Source: a virus
DNA length: 18,533 nt
Direction: 5' to 3' (one strand)
Virus genome (UHGV): UHGV-2195102
Part shown: positions 7,841 to 15,687 of the stretch, one piece after another
Position numbering within the stretch: position 1 is the stretch's first letter
Layout: every line of letters starts with the position of its first letter
The notes under the pieces: generated by a model
What the model saw: the letters and a program-made list of their open reading frames with translations, nothing else
What the model was told of the DNA's origin: nothing
Database searches by the model: none
Made by a program: the position numbers and the translations under genes

Positions 7841-8827
7841 CTATTTAAGAATAAAACGGTATTTACTGTCAGGAGTGCTTTGCTGATCAAGTAGCAGTGA
7901 ACGACATGGAGCAGTCAAAACCCGAGCATAACTACCATCAGGGCTTATGTTAATGTAACAAACCTTGCCCTTAACACTATAATTTTCGGGGACGGATGCC
8001 TTTGCTGATACAGTAAATTTAAGGGTATGCCAGCCCGTTTTTTGCTTGTAGCTTGAAACCGAATGGAAATCATCTGAGTACTTATTTAACCCTGGAAACA
8101 TGCTGCGCAGTGCGGGGATGGAATCTTCTATTATTTTATCGTTGGTTTTAATGTTAAAAACGCTGGTTTCAGTAGAAGCTACTGCTTTGGCATTTCCCCA
8201 TTTACCAGCGAACACAATCATTCCCACGAAAAATATTGCTACAAGAACTAACACTCCCCCCAACACTACTACATGAGGCTTCCGGCTTCTGGTTGGTACA
8301 GTTGCGACTGATTTTGCACCGCTTTCCGATGGAGGTGATAGAGTTTTACTCTCATCACGAATATTCAGCAGATCATCAAAATAACCAAACACAGCCTGCA
8401 ACTGCTCTTTGTCTAGGCCTTTAAGATGGGTTGTACCGAAATGCTTCAGACAGTATCTGTCACGGTCAAGACGATACCCAGGGTCAGTAAGCGCCATTAT
8501 TTTGCTGACCAGAAGATTACAGTCCTTCATATTCTGGATCTGTTGTGCATATCTCTGAAGGATCTCAACCGCACCATGATAATCAGCCGCAGTCATTTCA
8601 TTAACTGTTTTGGTATTAAGTTTCGTGTGGATCGTCATCCATAGCTCGCGCTTACTTTCCCCCAGATCAACCAATTCATCCATCAATCTGTGTAAATCGC
8701 GTTTTTGCAGCAACGAAATTGGTTGCTGGGCCGAAGGAAGTATGTCAGCAGAATAGTTATGAATGGTAACATCACCGCTGACAACGTTACCCACATCCCC
8801 GTTAACTGTTTGCTTCTCTTTACTCAT
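7841..8827 (-). CDS. single-pass membrane protein (328 aa), unknown function; translationally coupled to the repressor gene
   Basis: ATGA overlap with the repressor stop at 8824-8827 confirmed in sequence. Soluble N-terminal ~185 aa, TM segment HVVVLGGVLVLVAIFFVGMIVFAG, C-terminal ~120 aa domain. AT-rich. No family recognised. Confidence 0.6.
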   Translation of the reverse strand: MSKEKQTVNGDVGNVVSGDVTIHNYSADILPSAQQPISLLQKRDLHRLMDELVDLGESKRELWMTIHTKLNTKTVNEMTAADYHGAVEILQRYAQQIQNMKDCNLLVSKIMALTDPGYRLDRDRYCLKHFGTTHLKGLDKEQLQAVFGYFDDLLNIRDESKTLSPPSESGAKSVATVPTRSRKPHVVVLGGVLVLVAIFFVGMIVFAGKWGNAKAVASTETSVFNIKTNDKIIEDSIPALRSMFPGLNKYSDDFHSVSSYKQKTGWHTLKFTVSAKASVPENYSVKGKVCYINISPDGSYARVLTAPCRSLLLDQQSTPDSKYRFILK

Positions 8828-9249
8828 CTTCTCTTGGTATTTTTGTTCATTATTCCACCTGTTCCTATGGTTACGTTACCTTTGATAACATTCCCCAGAA
8901 CATCTCCATGAATAACCTGTTCCGCCCGTTCTCTGGAGGAGCCAGTAGTCAAGGCCGACAAAACTGAACCTTTGACCTGTAATGGTGCCTGCCGGTAGTG
9001 CTGCAGTAACTCCATTTCATCACGTGATAAAGTTATACCTGATGACTCCCCGGTAAGAATGAACTGTACATTGGCCCCAATTCTTGCAAAGGCTGCAAGT
9101 AACTCACCTCCGGGAACAGCAACCCCTCGTTCATATTTCCCCCACATTTCTCTTGAAACGCCACAAAGGGCTGCTACTTCAGCCTGCTTGAGTGATAACC
9201 GCGAACGCTCAGCTTTGAACCGCGACGCGCAAAGAGAATCAAAATTCAC
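8824..9249 (-). CDS. XRE-family HTH transcriptional repressor (prophage c-type repressor)
   Basis: HTH segment LSLKQAEVAALCGVSREMWGKYERG. Preferred start GTG 9249..9247 with GAGG 5 nt upstream; the ORF track start ATG 9285 would place the plus-strand promoter and palindrome inside the coding region. Divergent from the early operon. Confidence 0.7.
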   Translation of the reverse strand: MNFDSLCASRFKAERSRLSLKQAEVAALCGVSREMWGKYERGVAVPGGELLAAFARIGANVQFILTGESSGITLSRDEMELLQHYRQAPLQVKGSVLSALTTGSSRERAEQVIHGDVLGNVIKGNVTIGTGGIMNKNTKRR

Positions 9250-9259
9250 ATAAACCTCA

Positions 9260-9288
9260 TTGACAATGAGAACAATAGTTCTCATAAT
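9260..9288 (+). promoter_or_regulatory. putative early promoter: -35 TTGACA (9260-9265), 17-nt spacer, -10 CATAAT (9283-9288), with operator palindrome GAGAAC-N4-GTTCTC (9268-9283) in the spacer
   Basis: Read directly from sequence: consensus -35, 17-bp spacing, near-consensus -10, about 45 nt upstream of the ner-like start; the perfect 6-bp inverted repeat overlaps the spacer and -10. Confidence 0.5.
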
Positions 9289-9335
9289 CTATCACATATA
9301 AAACAAACATCATTGCATCAACAAAGGAGACAACA

Positions 9336-9524
9336 ATGACTTCCGAACAAGTTAAAAATCTCTTCCGTCAGCGTGGTATCACGTTTACCCGCTGGGCCGA
9401 AGAACACGGCTACAGCCGCAATGAGGTCTATCGTGTTCTCAATGGACAGACCAAAGCTCGTTACGGCAAAGCCCATGAAATTGCCGTAAAACTGGGATTA
9501 AAACCCACGTCAAATGCGGCATAA
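9336..9524 (+). CDS. small HTH DNA-binding protein in the Ner/Cro position (62 aa)
   Basis: AGGAG 9325-9329 before ATG 9336. First gene of the rightward early operon, divergent from the repressor. Sequence MTSEQVKNLFRQRGITFTRWAEEHGYSRNEVYRVLNGQTKARYGKAHEIAVKLGL is consistent with a small HTH regulator. Confidence 0.6.
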   Translation: MTSEQVKNLFRQRGITFTRWAEEHGYSRNEVYRVLNGQTKARYGKAHEIAVKLGLKPTSNAA

Positions 9525-9576
9525 ATTTTCCACATATGCAACAGGTTATCACATATTGCAAAAATGGAAATGTGAC

Positions 9577-9885
9577 ATGAGTAAAGTAAATATTTCCAGT
9601 TCTGGGACCCGCATCCTACGTGTACTCAAAGCTCTACGCGGTCATGCTCTGAACGGTGTTTCTAACGGTGAACTGGCATCAGCCCTGGGGGAGTCCCCGG
9701 CGAATATCAATCGAGCACTTAATACCCTTATTGAAGAGGGACTGGCCATGAAATTAGAGAACGGACGTTTCGCACCGGGAATCCAGTTACTACAGATCGC
9801 CATGGCTCACAGTCACGAGATGGCGCGTGCACAGGATCGTATTAACGAAATCAACCAACGAGTTATTTCAGGTAGTCGTTTGTAA
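9577..9885 (+). CDS. winged-helix DNA-binding protein (IclR-like N-terminal HTH pattern), about 102 aa
   Basis: Preferred start ATG 9577 (the ORF track start 9514 overlaps the ner-like gene). Sequence TRILRVLKALRGHALNGVSNGELASALGESPANINRALNTLIEEGLAMKLENGRF resembles a winged-helix HTH. Confidence 0.5.
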   Translation: MSKVNISSSGTRILRVLKALRGHALNGVSNGELASALGESPANINRALNTLIEEGLAMKLENGRFAPGIQLLQIAMAHSHEMARAQDRINEINQRVISGSRL

Positions 9886-9895
9886 GGAGTAATCA

Positions 9896-10810
9896 ATGGG
9901 ACGCACCAAATCACCCGTTAACACTGAACTGAATGTTGAGGTTCCGCTGTCAGATAACATCAATGTCAATTTGAACGCTATGACACAGCATCGCATGGAA
10001 ATTATGCAGCAGTTTGGTGATGGACTGCCTTATGAACGTGATCGCATTGTTCACGAAGCACGTTTTTATATGGCGCAGAGTGCTGAATCTATGCTGGAAG
10101 CGGGTAAGCGGCTGATCATCTTAAAAGAAAATGAGCCACACGGTGATTTTACAAACATTTTAGAAAATGAACTCGGACTTGCACCACAAGTTGCTCGCCG
10201 CATGATGCAAGCCAGTATGAAGTTTTTGGGAGAAGGTGATGAGCCAACAAAACGCTCAACGTTGAGCGTTTTGGGGAAAGCCAAACTGTACGACCTGATG
10301 GTTCTGGATAATGAAGAACTTGATGAATTGGCCGACGGCGGCACAGTTGCCGGCCTGACGCTTGACGACGTTGATCGCATGTCAGTACGTGAATTGCGTC
10401 AGGCCCTGCGCGAAGCGCGCGAAACCAACGCAGCACAACAGCGCGTACTCGCTGACAAAAATGAAAAAATAGACTCACTCTCCACCAGACTGGAGAAGAA
10501 ATCCCGTATTCAGCCGCCTGAGCCTGATGAAGAGGTTAAGAAGCTGCGGGCGGAAGTGACAGCATTAGCGGTTGAGGCGGAATCTGCTATCGCCGTTCGA
10601 CTGTCCAGCGCTTTTGAGACGCTGTGCGCATATTGTGCTGAAAACATGATTGATACCCCCAGAGACTTCATGGCAGGCCTGGTCTGTCAACTGGAAAGCA
10701 CAGCGCGTAGCCTGCGCTCCACATTTGACCTGCCGGATGAGCCAACAGGCAATGCCGCGCCTTCATGGCTGACTGAGCCGACGCCACAGATTAACGGGCT
10801 GGAGGCATAA
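9896..10810 (+). CDS. hypothetical early protein (304 aa), coiled-coil rich
   Basis: AAGGAG 9884-9889 before ATG 9896; ends 3 nt before the transposase start. No family recognised with confidence. Confidence 0.6.
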   Translation: MGRTKSPVNTELNVEVPLSDNINVNLNAMTQHRMEIMQQFGDGLPYERDRIVHEARFYMAQSAESMLEAGKRLIILKENEPHGDFTNILENELGLAPQVARRMMQASMKFLGEGDEPTKRSTLSVLGKAKLYDLMVLDNEELDELADGGTVAGLTLDDVDRMSVRELRQALREARETNAAQQRVLADKNEKIDSLSTRLEKKSRIQPPEPDEEVKKLRAEVTALAVEAESAIAVRLSSAFETLCAYCAENMIDTPRDFMAGLVCQLESTARSLRSTFDLPDEPTGNAAPSWLTEPTPQINGLEA

Positions 10811-10813
10811 CCA

Positions 10814-12583
10814 ATGAATGCTGCCCTGACTGAACGACTGGTTTATGTCGCCCGCGCGGCACGTGACGCGGGGCATGGTAAACGCGGTGCAATATACGAC
10901 GCTGCCTGTGCTGAACTTGGCATGTCCCGCGCCACTCTGCTGCGCAGGCTGAAGGAGGTCTCTGTGACTGATAAACGCAAAAAACGCGCTGATGCCGGAC
11001 GCAGCGCCCTGACCCGCGACGAAGCCGCGCTGATATCTGCCACACTGCGTGAGGCCACCCGCAAGAACGGTAAACGCCTCTATTCCATCGCAGATGCAGT
11101 GGAAACCCTGCGGGCTAACGGCTTTATCACCGCAGGCAGAACAGATGAAACCACCGGTGAGTTTTTCCCGTTGTCTGAAGATGCCATCAGCCGTGCTCTG
11201 CGTAACTATGGCCTGCACCCGGAACAACTGGATGCTCCTGCACCGCATACCGAAGTGGCCAGTCTGCACCCCAATCATGTCTGGCAGATTGACGCCTCAC
11301 TCTGCACGCTTTACTACCTGAGCAATGGACATAAAGGGCTGCAGGTGATGGACAGCGCGAAGTTCTACAAGAACAAGCCCGCTAACCTTGCCCGTATCGC
11401 CAGTGACCGCGTGTGGAGTTACGAGATTACCGACCATGCCAGCGGCTGGATTTACGTTGAGTATGTGACGGGCGCGGAATCAGGTGAGAACCTGTGTTCT
11501 GTGCTTATCAACGCCATGCAGGAGCGTGGCGGCGCAGACGTGCTGCACGGCGTGCCAAAAATACTCTATCTCGACCCCGGCTCGGCAAACACCGCGGGTA
11601 TGACGAAAAACATGTGCCGCTCACTGGGCATCGACCTGATAGCGCACAAGCCGCATAACGCCCGCGCCACCGGACAGGTGGAAAAGGCGCGGGACATTAT
11701 CGAACGCAAGCTGGAGCCGGGTCTGAAGTTCCGGCCGGTTCACAGTCTGGAAGAACTCAATGCGCTGGCCGCGAAATGGCGCAGCCACTTTAACGCCACG
11801 GCTGTTCACAGCCGCCACGGTAAAACCCGCACGGATATCTGGCTGAAGATTACTGCTGAGCAGCTGAAAAAAGCGCCTTCCGTTGAGGTATGTCGTGAAC
11901 TGGCTGTGGCGGCACCAGAACTCCGCAAAGTCACGCCAAAACTTCGTGTCTCGTTCCGGGGCACTGAATTTGACGTATCAACGGTACCGGGCGTACTGGT
12001 CGGTGAAAAACTGATGATTACCCGTAACCCGTGGCGCAGCGATGTGGCACAGGTGGTTCTGACCGGTGAGGACGGCCACGAGACGTTCTTCCTGGTCGAA
12101 GAAGTCAGAAAGAACGAGTTTGGCTTTGCTGAAGGCGCGGCGGTATTTGGCGAAAGTTACAAAGCCCTGCCGGAAACCCCGGCGCAGATGGCGGCAAAAG
12201 AAACCGAAGCGCTGGTCACCGGTACAGACAACGCCGCAGATGCAGCTGCCGCACGCAAGGCGAAGGCGCTGCCGTTCGGCGGGCGGCTTGACCCATATAA
12301 ACATATTGATGACGCCACACTTCCGGCCTATATGCCGAAGCGAGGTCAGGCCTCTGACGTACGCGGGCCGCGCACTGAACAACGTCCCATGACTCATGTG
12401 GAGGCCGCGAAAGCCCTGCGCGATAAGTTCAGCGCCGACGGCCTTACCTGGACGCCGGAACATTACCGCCAGTTAACGGCACAGTATCCGGACGGCGTAC
12501 CGGAAGCCGCACTGGATGAAGTCATGGCCACGCTGACCACGCCGGCCCGCAGCAGCGTTATCAGCATTGTTAACGGCAACTGA
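10814..12583 (+). CDS. DDE transposase (Mu A-like, integrase-core rve fold)
   Basis: 589-aa ORF with candidate catalytic residues in HVWQIDAS and ILYLDPGSANT and a downstream Glu region (ATGQVEKARD); immediately followed by an AAA+ ATPase gene, as in the Mu A/B module. Confidence 0.8.
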   Translation: MNAALTERLVYVARAARDAGHGKRGAIYDAACAELGMSRATLLRRLKEVSVTDKRKKRADAGRSALTRDEAALISATLREATRKNGKRLYSIADAVETLRANGFITAGRTDETTGEFFPLSEDAISRALRNYGLHPEQLDAPAPHTEVASLHPNHVWQIDASLCTLYYLSNGHKGLQVMDSAKFYKNKPANLARIASDRVWSYEITDHASGWIYVEYVTGAESGENLCSVLINAMQERGGADVLHGVPKILYLDPGSANTAGMTKNMCRSLGIDLIAHKPHNARATGQVEKARDIIERKLEPGLKFRPVHSLEELNALAAKWRSHFNATAVHSRHGKTRTDIWLKITAEQLKKAPSVEVCRELAVAAPELRKVTPKLRVSFRGTEFDVSTVPGVLVGEKLMITRNPWRSDVAQVVLTGEDGHETFFLVEEVRKNEFGFAEGAAVFGESYKALPETPAQMAAKETEALVTGTDNAADAAAARKAKALPFGGRLDPYKHIDDATLPAYMPKRGQASDVRGPRTEQRPMTHVEAAKALRDKFSADGLTWTPEHYRQLTAQYPDGVPEAALDEVMATLTTPARSSVISIVNGN

Positions 12584-12593
12584 GGAGGGATAC

Positions 12594-13760
12594 ATGCTGG
12601 TACTGAAGCAGCAACTGAAAGAGGCCCGTATTCCACAGGCGGTGGTGGCGAGAGCTGTCGATGTTTCTGAGGCCACGCTGGCCCAGATTGTGAATCATAA
12701 CGCGTGGCCCCGCACCAGCCCCGGAGAAGTGCGCCGGCGTCTTGCGTCCTGGCTGGAAAGTCAGGGGATTGATACAACGAAGAGTTTTGATGCTGTACAG
12801 GGCGCGGCCACGCCCCGTACAGCGGGTACCACAGATAAAACGAGCCTCAGTGAGGAAGAGAATATGTTACTCAAAAAACAGGTGTTATTTCCAGCAACCA
12901 AAAAAGCGTTTGGTCTTTTCCGTGACCCGTTCGCCGACGAAGCCATGCAGGGTTCTGATGATGTGTTCACCACTCCGGACATTCGCTACGTGCGTGAGGC
13001 GCTGTACCAGACAGCCCGTCATGGTGGGTTTATGGCCGTCATCGGTGAGTCCGGTGCGGGTAAATCCACGCTGCGCCGTGACCTGACTGAACGTATCAAC
13101 CGCGAGAATGCGCCGGTGATTGTTATCGAGCCATACATCATCGCTATGGAAGACAACGATGTGAAAGGGAAAACCCTGAAGGCAGCAGCGATTGCCGAAG
13201 CCATTATCAGTACCATCGCACCACTGGAAAGCATCAGACGCAGTCAGGACGCCCGCTTTCGCCAGCTGCATCGCGTCCTGAAAGACAGCAGCCAGGCGGG
13301 GTTCAGCCACGTTCTGGTGATTGAGGAGGCCCACAGTCTGCCCATTCCGACACTGAAACACCTCAAACGCTTTTTTGAGCTGGAGTCCGGTTTCAAAAAA
13401 CTGCTGTCCATCGTACTGATTGGCCAGCCGGAACTGGCGACAAAACTGTCTGAACGCAATATGGAAGTCCGTGAAGTCGTTCAGCGCTGTGAGGTGGTCG
13501 AACTTCTGCCTCTGGACAATAACCTTGAAGAGTTTCTGACGTTCAAACTGCAACGGGCCGGTAAACAACTGACGGACATTATGGACGCCAGCGCAGTGGA
13601 TGCCATACGTGCCCGCCTGAGCAATCCGGGAAGTCATCGTAAAAATATGGTCAGCCTGCTGTATCCGCTGGCCGTCAGTAACCTGGTAATAGCCGCCATG
13701 AATCTGGCCGCTGAAATCGGGGTTCCACAGGTCAACGCTGACGTTGTCAAAGGGGTTTAA
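12594..13760 (+). CDS. AAA+ ATPase, transposition protein B-like (N-terminal HTH plus P-loop)
   Basis: Preferred start ATG 12594 after GGAGGG 12584-12589 (the ORF track start 12567 overlaps the transposase). Walker A VIGESGAGKST, Walker B-like HVLVIEEAHSL, N-terminal HTH-like segment ARIPQAVVARAVDVSEATLAQIV. Confidence 0.75.
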   Translation: MLVLKQQLKEARIPQAVVARAVDVSEATLAQIVNHNAWPRTSPGEVRRRLASWLESQGIDTTKSFDAVQGAATPRTAGTTDKTSLSEEENMLLKKQVLFPATKKAFGLFRDPFADEAMQGSDDVFTTPDIRYVREALYQTARHGGFMAVIGESGAGKSTLRRDLTERINRENAPVIVIEPYIIAMEDNDVKGKTLKAAAIAEAIISTIAPLESIRRSQDARFRQLHRVLKDSSQAGFSHVLVIEEAHSLPIPTLKHLKRFFELESGFKKLLSIVLIGQPELATKLSERNMEVREVVQRCEVVELLPLDNNLEEFLTFKLQRAGKQLTDIMDASAVDAIRARLSNPGSHRKNMVSLLYPLAVSNLVIAAMNLAAEIGVPQVNADVVKGV

Positions 13761-13762
13761 TA

Positions 13763-14032
13763 ATGAAATCCACCACAGGTATCAACCAGCAAATCAGCAA
13801 AGTGCAGTCAGCCATTATGGCGCTTAAGGCGACGAACACGGATGTACAAAGCATCACCATCAGGGGTAACAAACCTGTCATCCGCGTTTCCCGGAGTGCG
13901 CATTGCATGCGCATGCTTGAGCAGGGAAAGGCCTGTTATCTGTATACCGGACATGACCACAGGGGATATTTCCGTCAGGGCGTTTTCGAACTGCACGGCT
14001 GTCGCGTCGTGTGGCCGGAATCTTTGTGGTAA
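13763..14032 (+). CDS. hypothetical small early protein (89 aa)
   Basis: Begins 2 nt after the B-like stop; between B and Gam (the Mu semi-essential region equivalent). Confidence 0.45.
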   Translation: MKSTTGINQQISKVQSAIMALKATNTDVQSITIRGNKPVIRVSRSAHCMRMLEQGKACYLYTGHDHRGYFRQGVFELHGCRVVWPESLW

Positions 14033-14059
14033 TCAGCACAACTGGAGAAATCATAAAAA

Positions 14060-14590
14060 ATGGCAAAAAGTACAAAAGGTGCAAAACGTATCAAGGCCGC
14101 AGCAGCACTCTGGGTGCCGGGGACACGTGAAGAGGTCATTGAGGGAATCAGACTACTCGGTGACGCACAACGTGAACTGGTCAGGGCTGAAACAGAAATG
14201 AATGACGCCATTGGCGATATCACCGCACGTTATGCCCCGCTCACCGAGAGCCTGAAAAAACGCATGGCCGAACTGCAGTCCGGTATTCAGACATGGTGTG
14301 AGGCACACCGTGATGAACTGACCGGCAACGGGAAGGTGAAGTTCGCTAACCTCACCACCGGCGAGGTGCAGTGGCGAAACCGTCCGCCATCAGTCAGTAT
14401 CCGTGGGGCGGATAATGTTATTGAATTACTGAGACGTCTGGGGCTTGAGCGCTTTATTCGTGTAAAAGAGGAAATAAATAAAGACGCTATCCTGAATGAA
14501 AAAGAGGCCGTGAAAAATATTCCCGGTATTTCCATTAAAAGCGACATTGAGGATTTTTCAATAATTCCTTTTGAGCAGGATGTGCAGTAA
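14060..14590 (+). CDS. gam: Gam-like host-nuclease inhibitor protein
   Basis: 176-aa protein sharing long motifs with Mu Gam as recalled: ETEMNDAIGDIT, WCEAHRDELTGNGKVKFANLTTGEVQWRNRPPSVSIRG, RFIRVKEEINKDAIL, SIKSDIEDFSIIPFEQ. Confidence 0.8.
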   Translation: MAKSTKGAKRIKAAAALWVPGTREEVIEGIRLLGDAQRELVRAETEMNDAIGDITARYAPLTESLKKRMAELQSGIQTWCEAHRDELTGNGKVKFANLTTGEVQWRNRPPSVSIRGADNVIELLRRLGLERFIRVKEEINKDAILNEKEAVKNIPGISIKSDIEDFSIIPFEQDVQ

Positions 14591-14687
14591 ACACACCACG
14601 TTAATTATTTAATAAAAACATTTTCTTTTTTATTCCGGCGTCAGCGCCGCGGGCTTCTGCACGCCGGAAACAGAGGAGAATTAAATC

Positions 14688-14882
14688 ATGATATTTAAAT
14701 GTATTCAGTGCGAGAGGGATATAACAGCCCTGCGTTTTCACAGCGCCATCGCCGTGATGTCCGGTAAATACCACATCCCTGCGGTACGCGTCACCCAGGT
14801 CTGCCCGTACTGCAGCCAGCATTTTTCGGCAGACGTGCCCGTCATGGAATTCTCCCGCCCTGACAGGGAGGACTCGCAATGA
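14688..14882 (+). CDS. small zinc-ribbon protein (64 aa, CxxC...CxxC)
   Basis: GAGGAG RBS before ATG 14688; Cys pairs CIQC and CPYC; ATGA coupling to the next ORF. Confidence 0.5.
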   Translation: MIFKCIQCERDITALRFHSAIAVMSGKYHIPAVRVTQVCPYCSQHFSADVPVMEFSRPDREDSQ

Positions 14883-15151
14883 TTACCCCACAGGAAGCAC
14901 GACAGCGCACCCGAACCCTTGTTGAACACTATGTCAACGAGTGTGAATGCCGCGACCTCACCGATGTGAAGCACGTCCTGACGGCGCTAATCAGCATGAC
15001 CGCTCAGGCCATTGTGGCGACCAACGGAAAGGCGGCTGCCCTGCAGGTACTGGTGAACACACTCACCCACACGGCAGAGCATGAGGTGCCGTACCGGATG
15101 GAAACCACTGCAGAAGGCGGCCTGCACATCACCGTCAGCCGGAAGCACTGA
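14879..15151 (+). CDS. hypothetical early protein (90 aa)
   Basis: ATGA start overlapping the previous stop; packed in the co-directional early gene array. Confidence 0.45.
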   Translation: MITPQEARQRTRTLVEHYVNECECRDLTDVKHVLTALISMTAQAIVATNGKAAALQVLVNTLTHTAEHEVPYRMETTAEGGLHITVSRKH

Positions 15152-15160
15152 GGGCGCGGC

Positions 15161-15457
15161 ATGACACGGAACACCATACTCACCCGCACCGCCCTCTACC
15201 GTCTGGCCCTGCAGCGTTTCGGGCCGGACGCACAGGCCCTGAAACTGACAGAAGAGGCCGCTGAACTGGCGGCCAGTGCTGCCCGCAATCTGAACGGACA
15301 GGGCAGCGAAAGTGACCTCGCGGCAGAGCTGGCAGACGTGGAAATCATGACAGAGCAATTGCGCCTTCAGGGGATGGACCGGCTGATTGACTTCCACAAA
15401 CAGAAAAAACTGGAACGTCTGGCTGCACGACTGGGCGTGATTTACACGAACGAGTAA
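15161..15457 (+). CDS. hypothetical early protein (98 aa), possibly MazG-like all-alpha NTP-pyrophosphatase fold
   Basis: GAGGG RBS before ATG 15161; segments EEAAELAAS and AELADVEIM recall MazG-type EExxE motifs. Weak call. Confidence 0.4.
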   Translation: MTRNTILTRTALYRLALQRFGPDAQALKLTEEAAELAASAARNLNGQGSESDLAAELADVEIMTEQLRLQGMDRLIDFHKQKKLERLAARLGVIYTNE

Positions 15458-15471
15458 CCGGGAGGCATTCA

Positions 15472-15687
15472 ATGGCTGACATACTCAGGGAAATCACCGC
15501 ATGGACACTGATTCTTACTGGCCTGGCGACATGCCTCAGTGCGGGGGCAGCCCTGGCTGCCCTGCTGATGCACATAACAACACAGTGGTTATGGGAAAAG
15601 CTTAAAGCAGCATACAGCCTGAAAGAGCTGTCCGACGCTGTCCGGGCATGGAAACGGCAGAAAAATACCGGAGATACAGAACAATGA
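15472..15687 (+). CDS. small membrane protein (71 aa)
   Basis: GGGAGG RBS before ATG 15472; hydrophobic segment ITAWTLILTGLATCLSAGAALAALLM. Confidence 0.45.
   Translation: MADILREITAWTLILTGLATCLSAGAALAALLMHITTQWLWEKLKAAYSLKELSDAVRAWKRQKNTGDTEQ

Noticed and set aside
8824-9285. Repressor start at ATG 9285 (longest ORF)
   Set aside because: It would place the consensus plus-strand promoter and the palindrome inside the coding region. GTG 9249 with a GAGG RBS is preferred, though a leaderless transcript starting at ATG 9285 cannot be excluded.
10763-11278. 171-aa minus-strand ORF (and the 84-aa and 73-aa ORFs nearby)
   Set aside because: Antisense to the 5' part of the transposase gene, which has clear DDE motifs on the plus strand.
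12885-13637. 250-aa minus-strand ORF
   Set aside because: Antisense to the AAA+ B-like gene, whose Walker motifs are on the plus strand.
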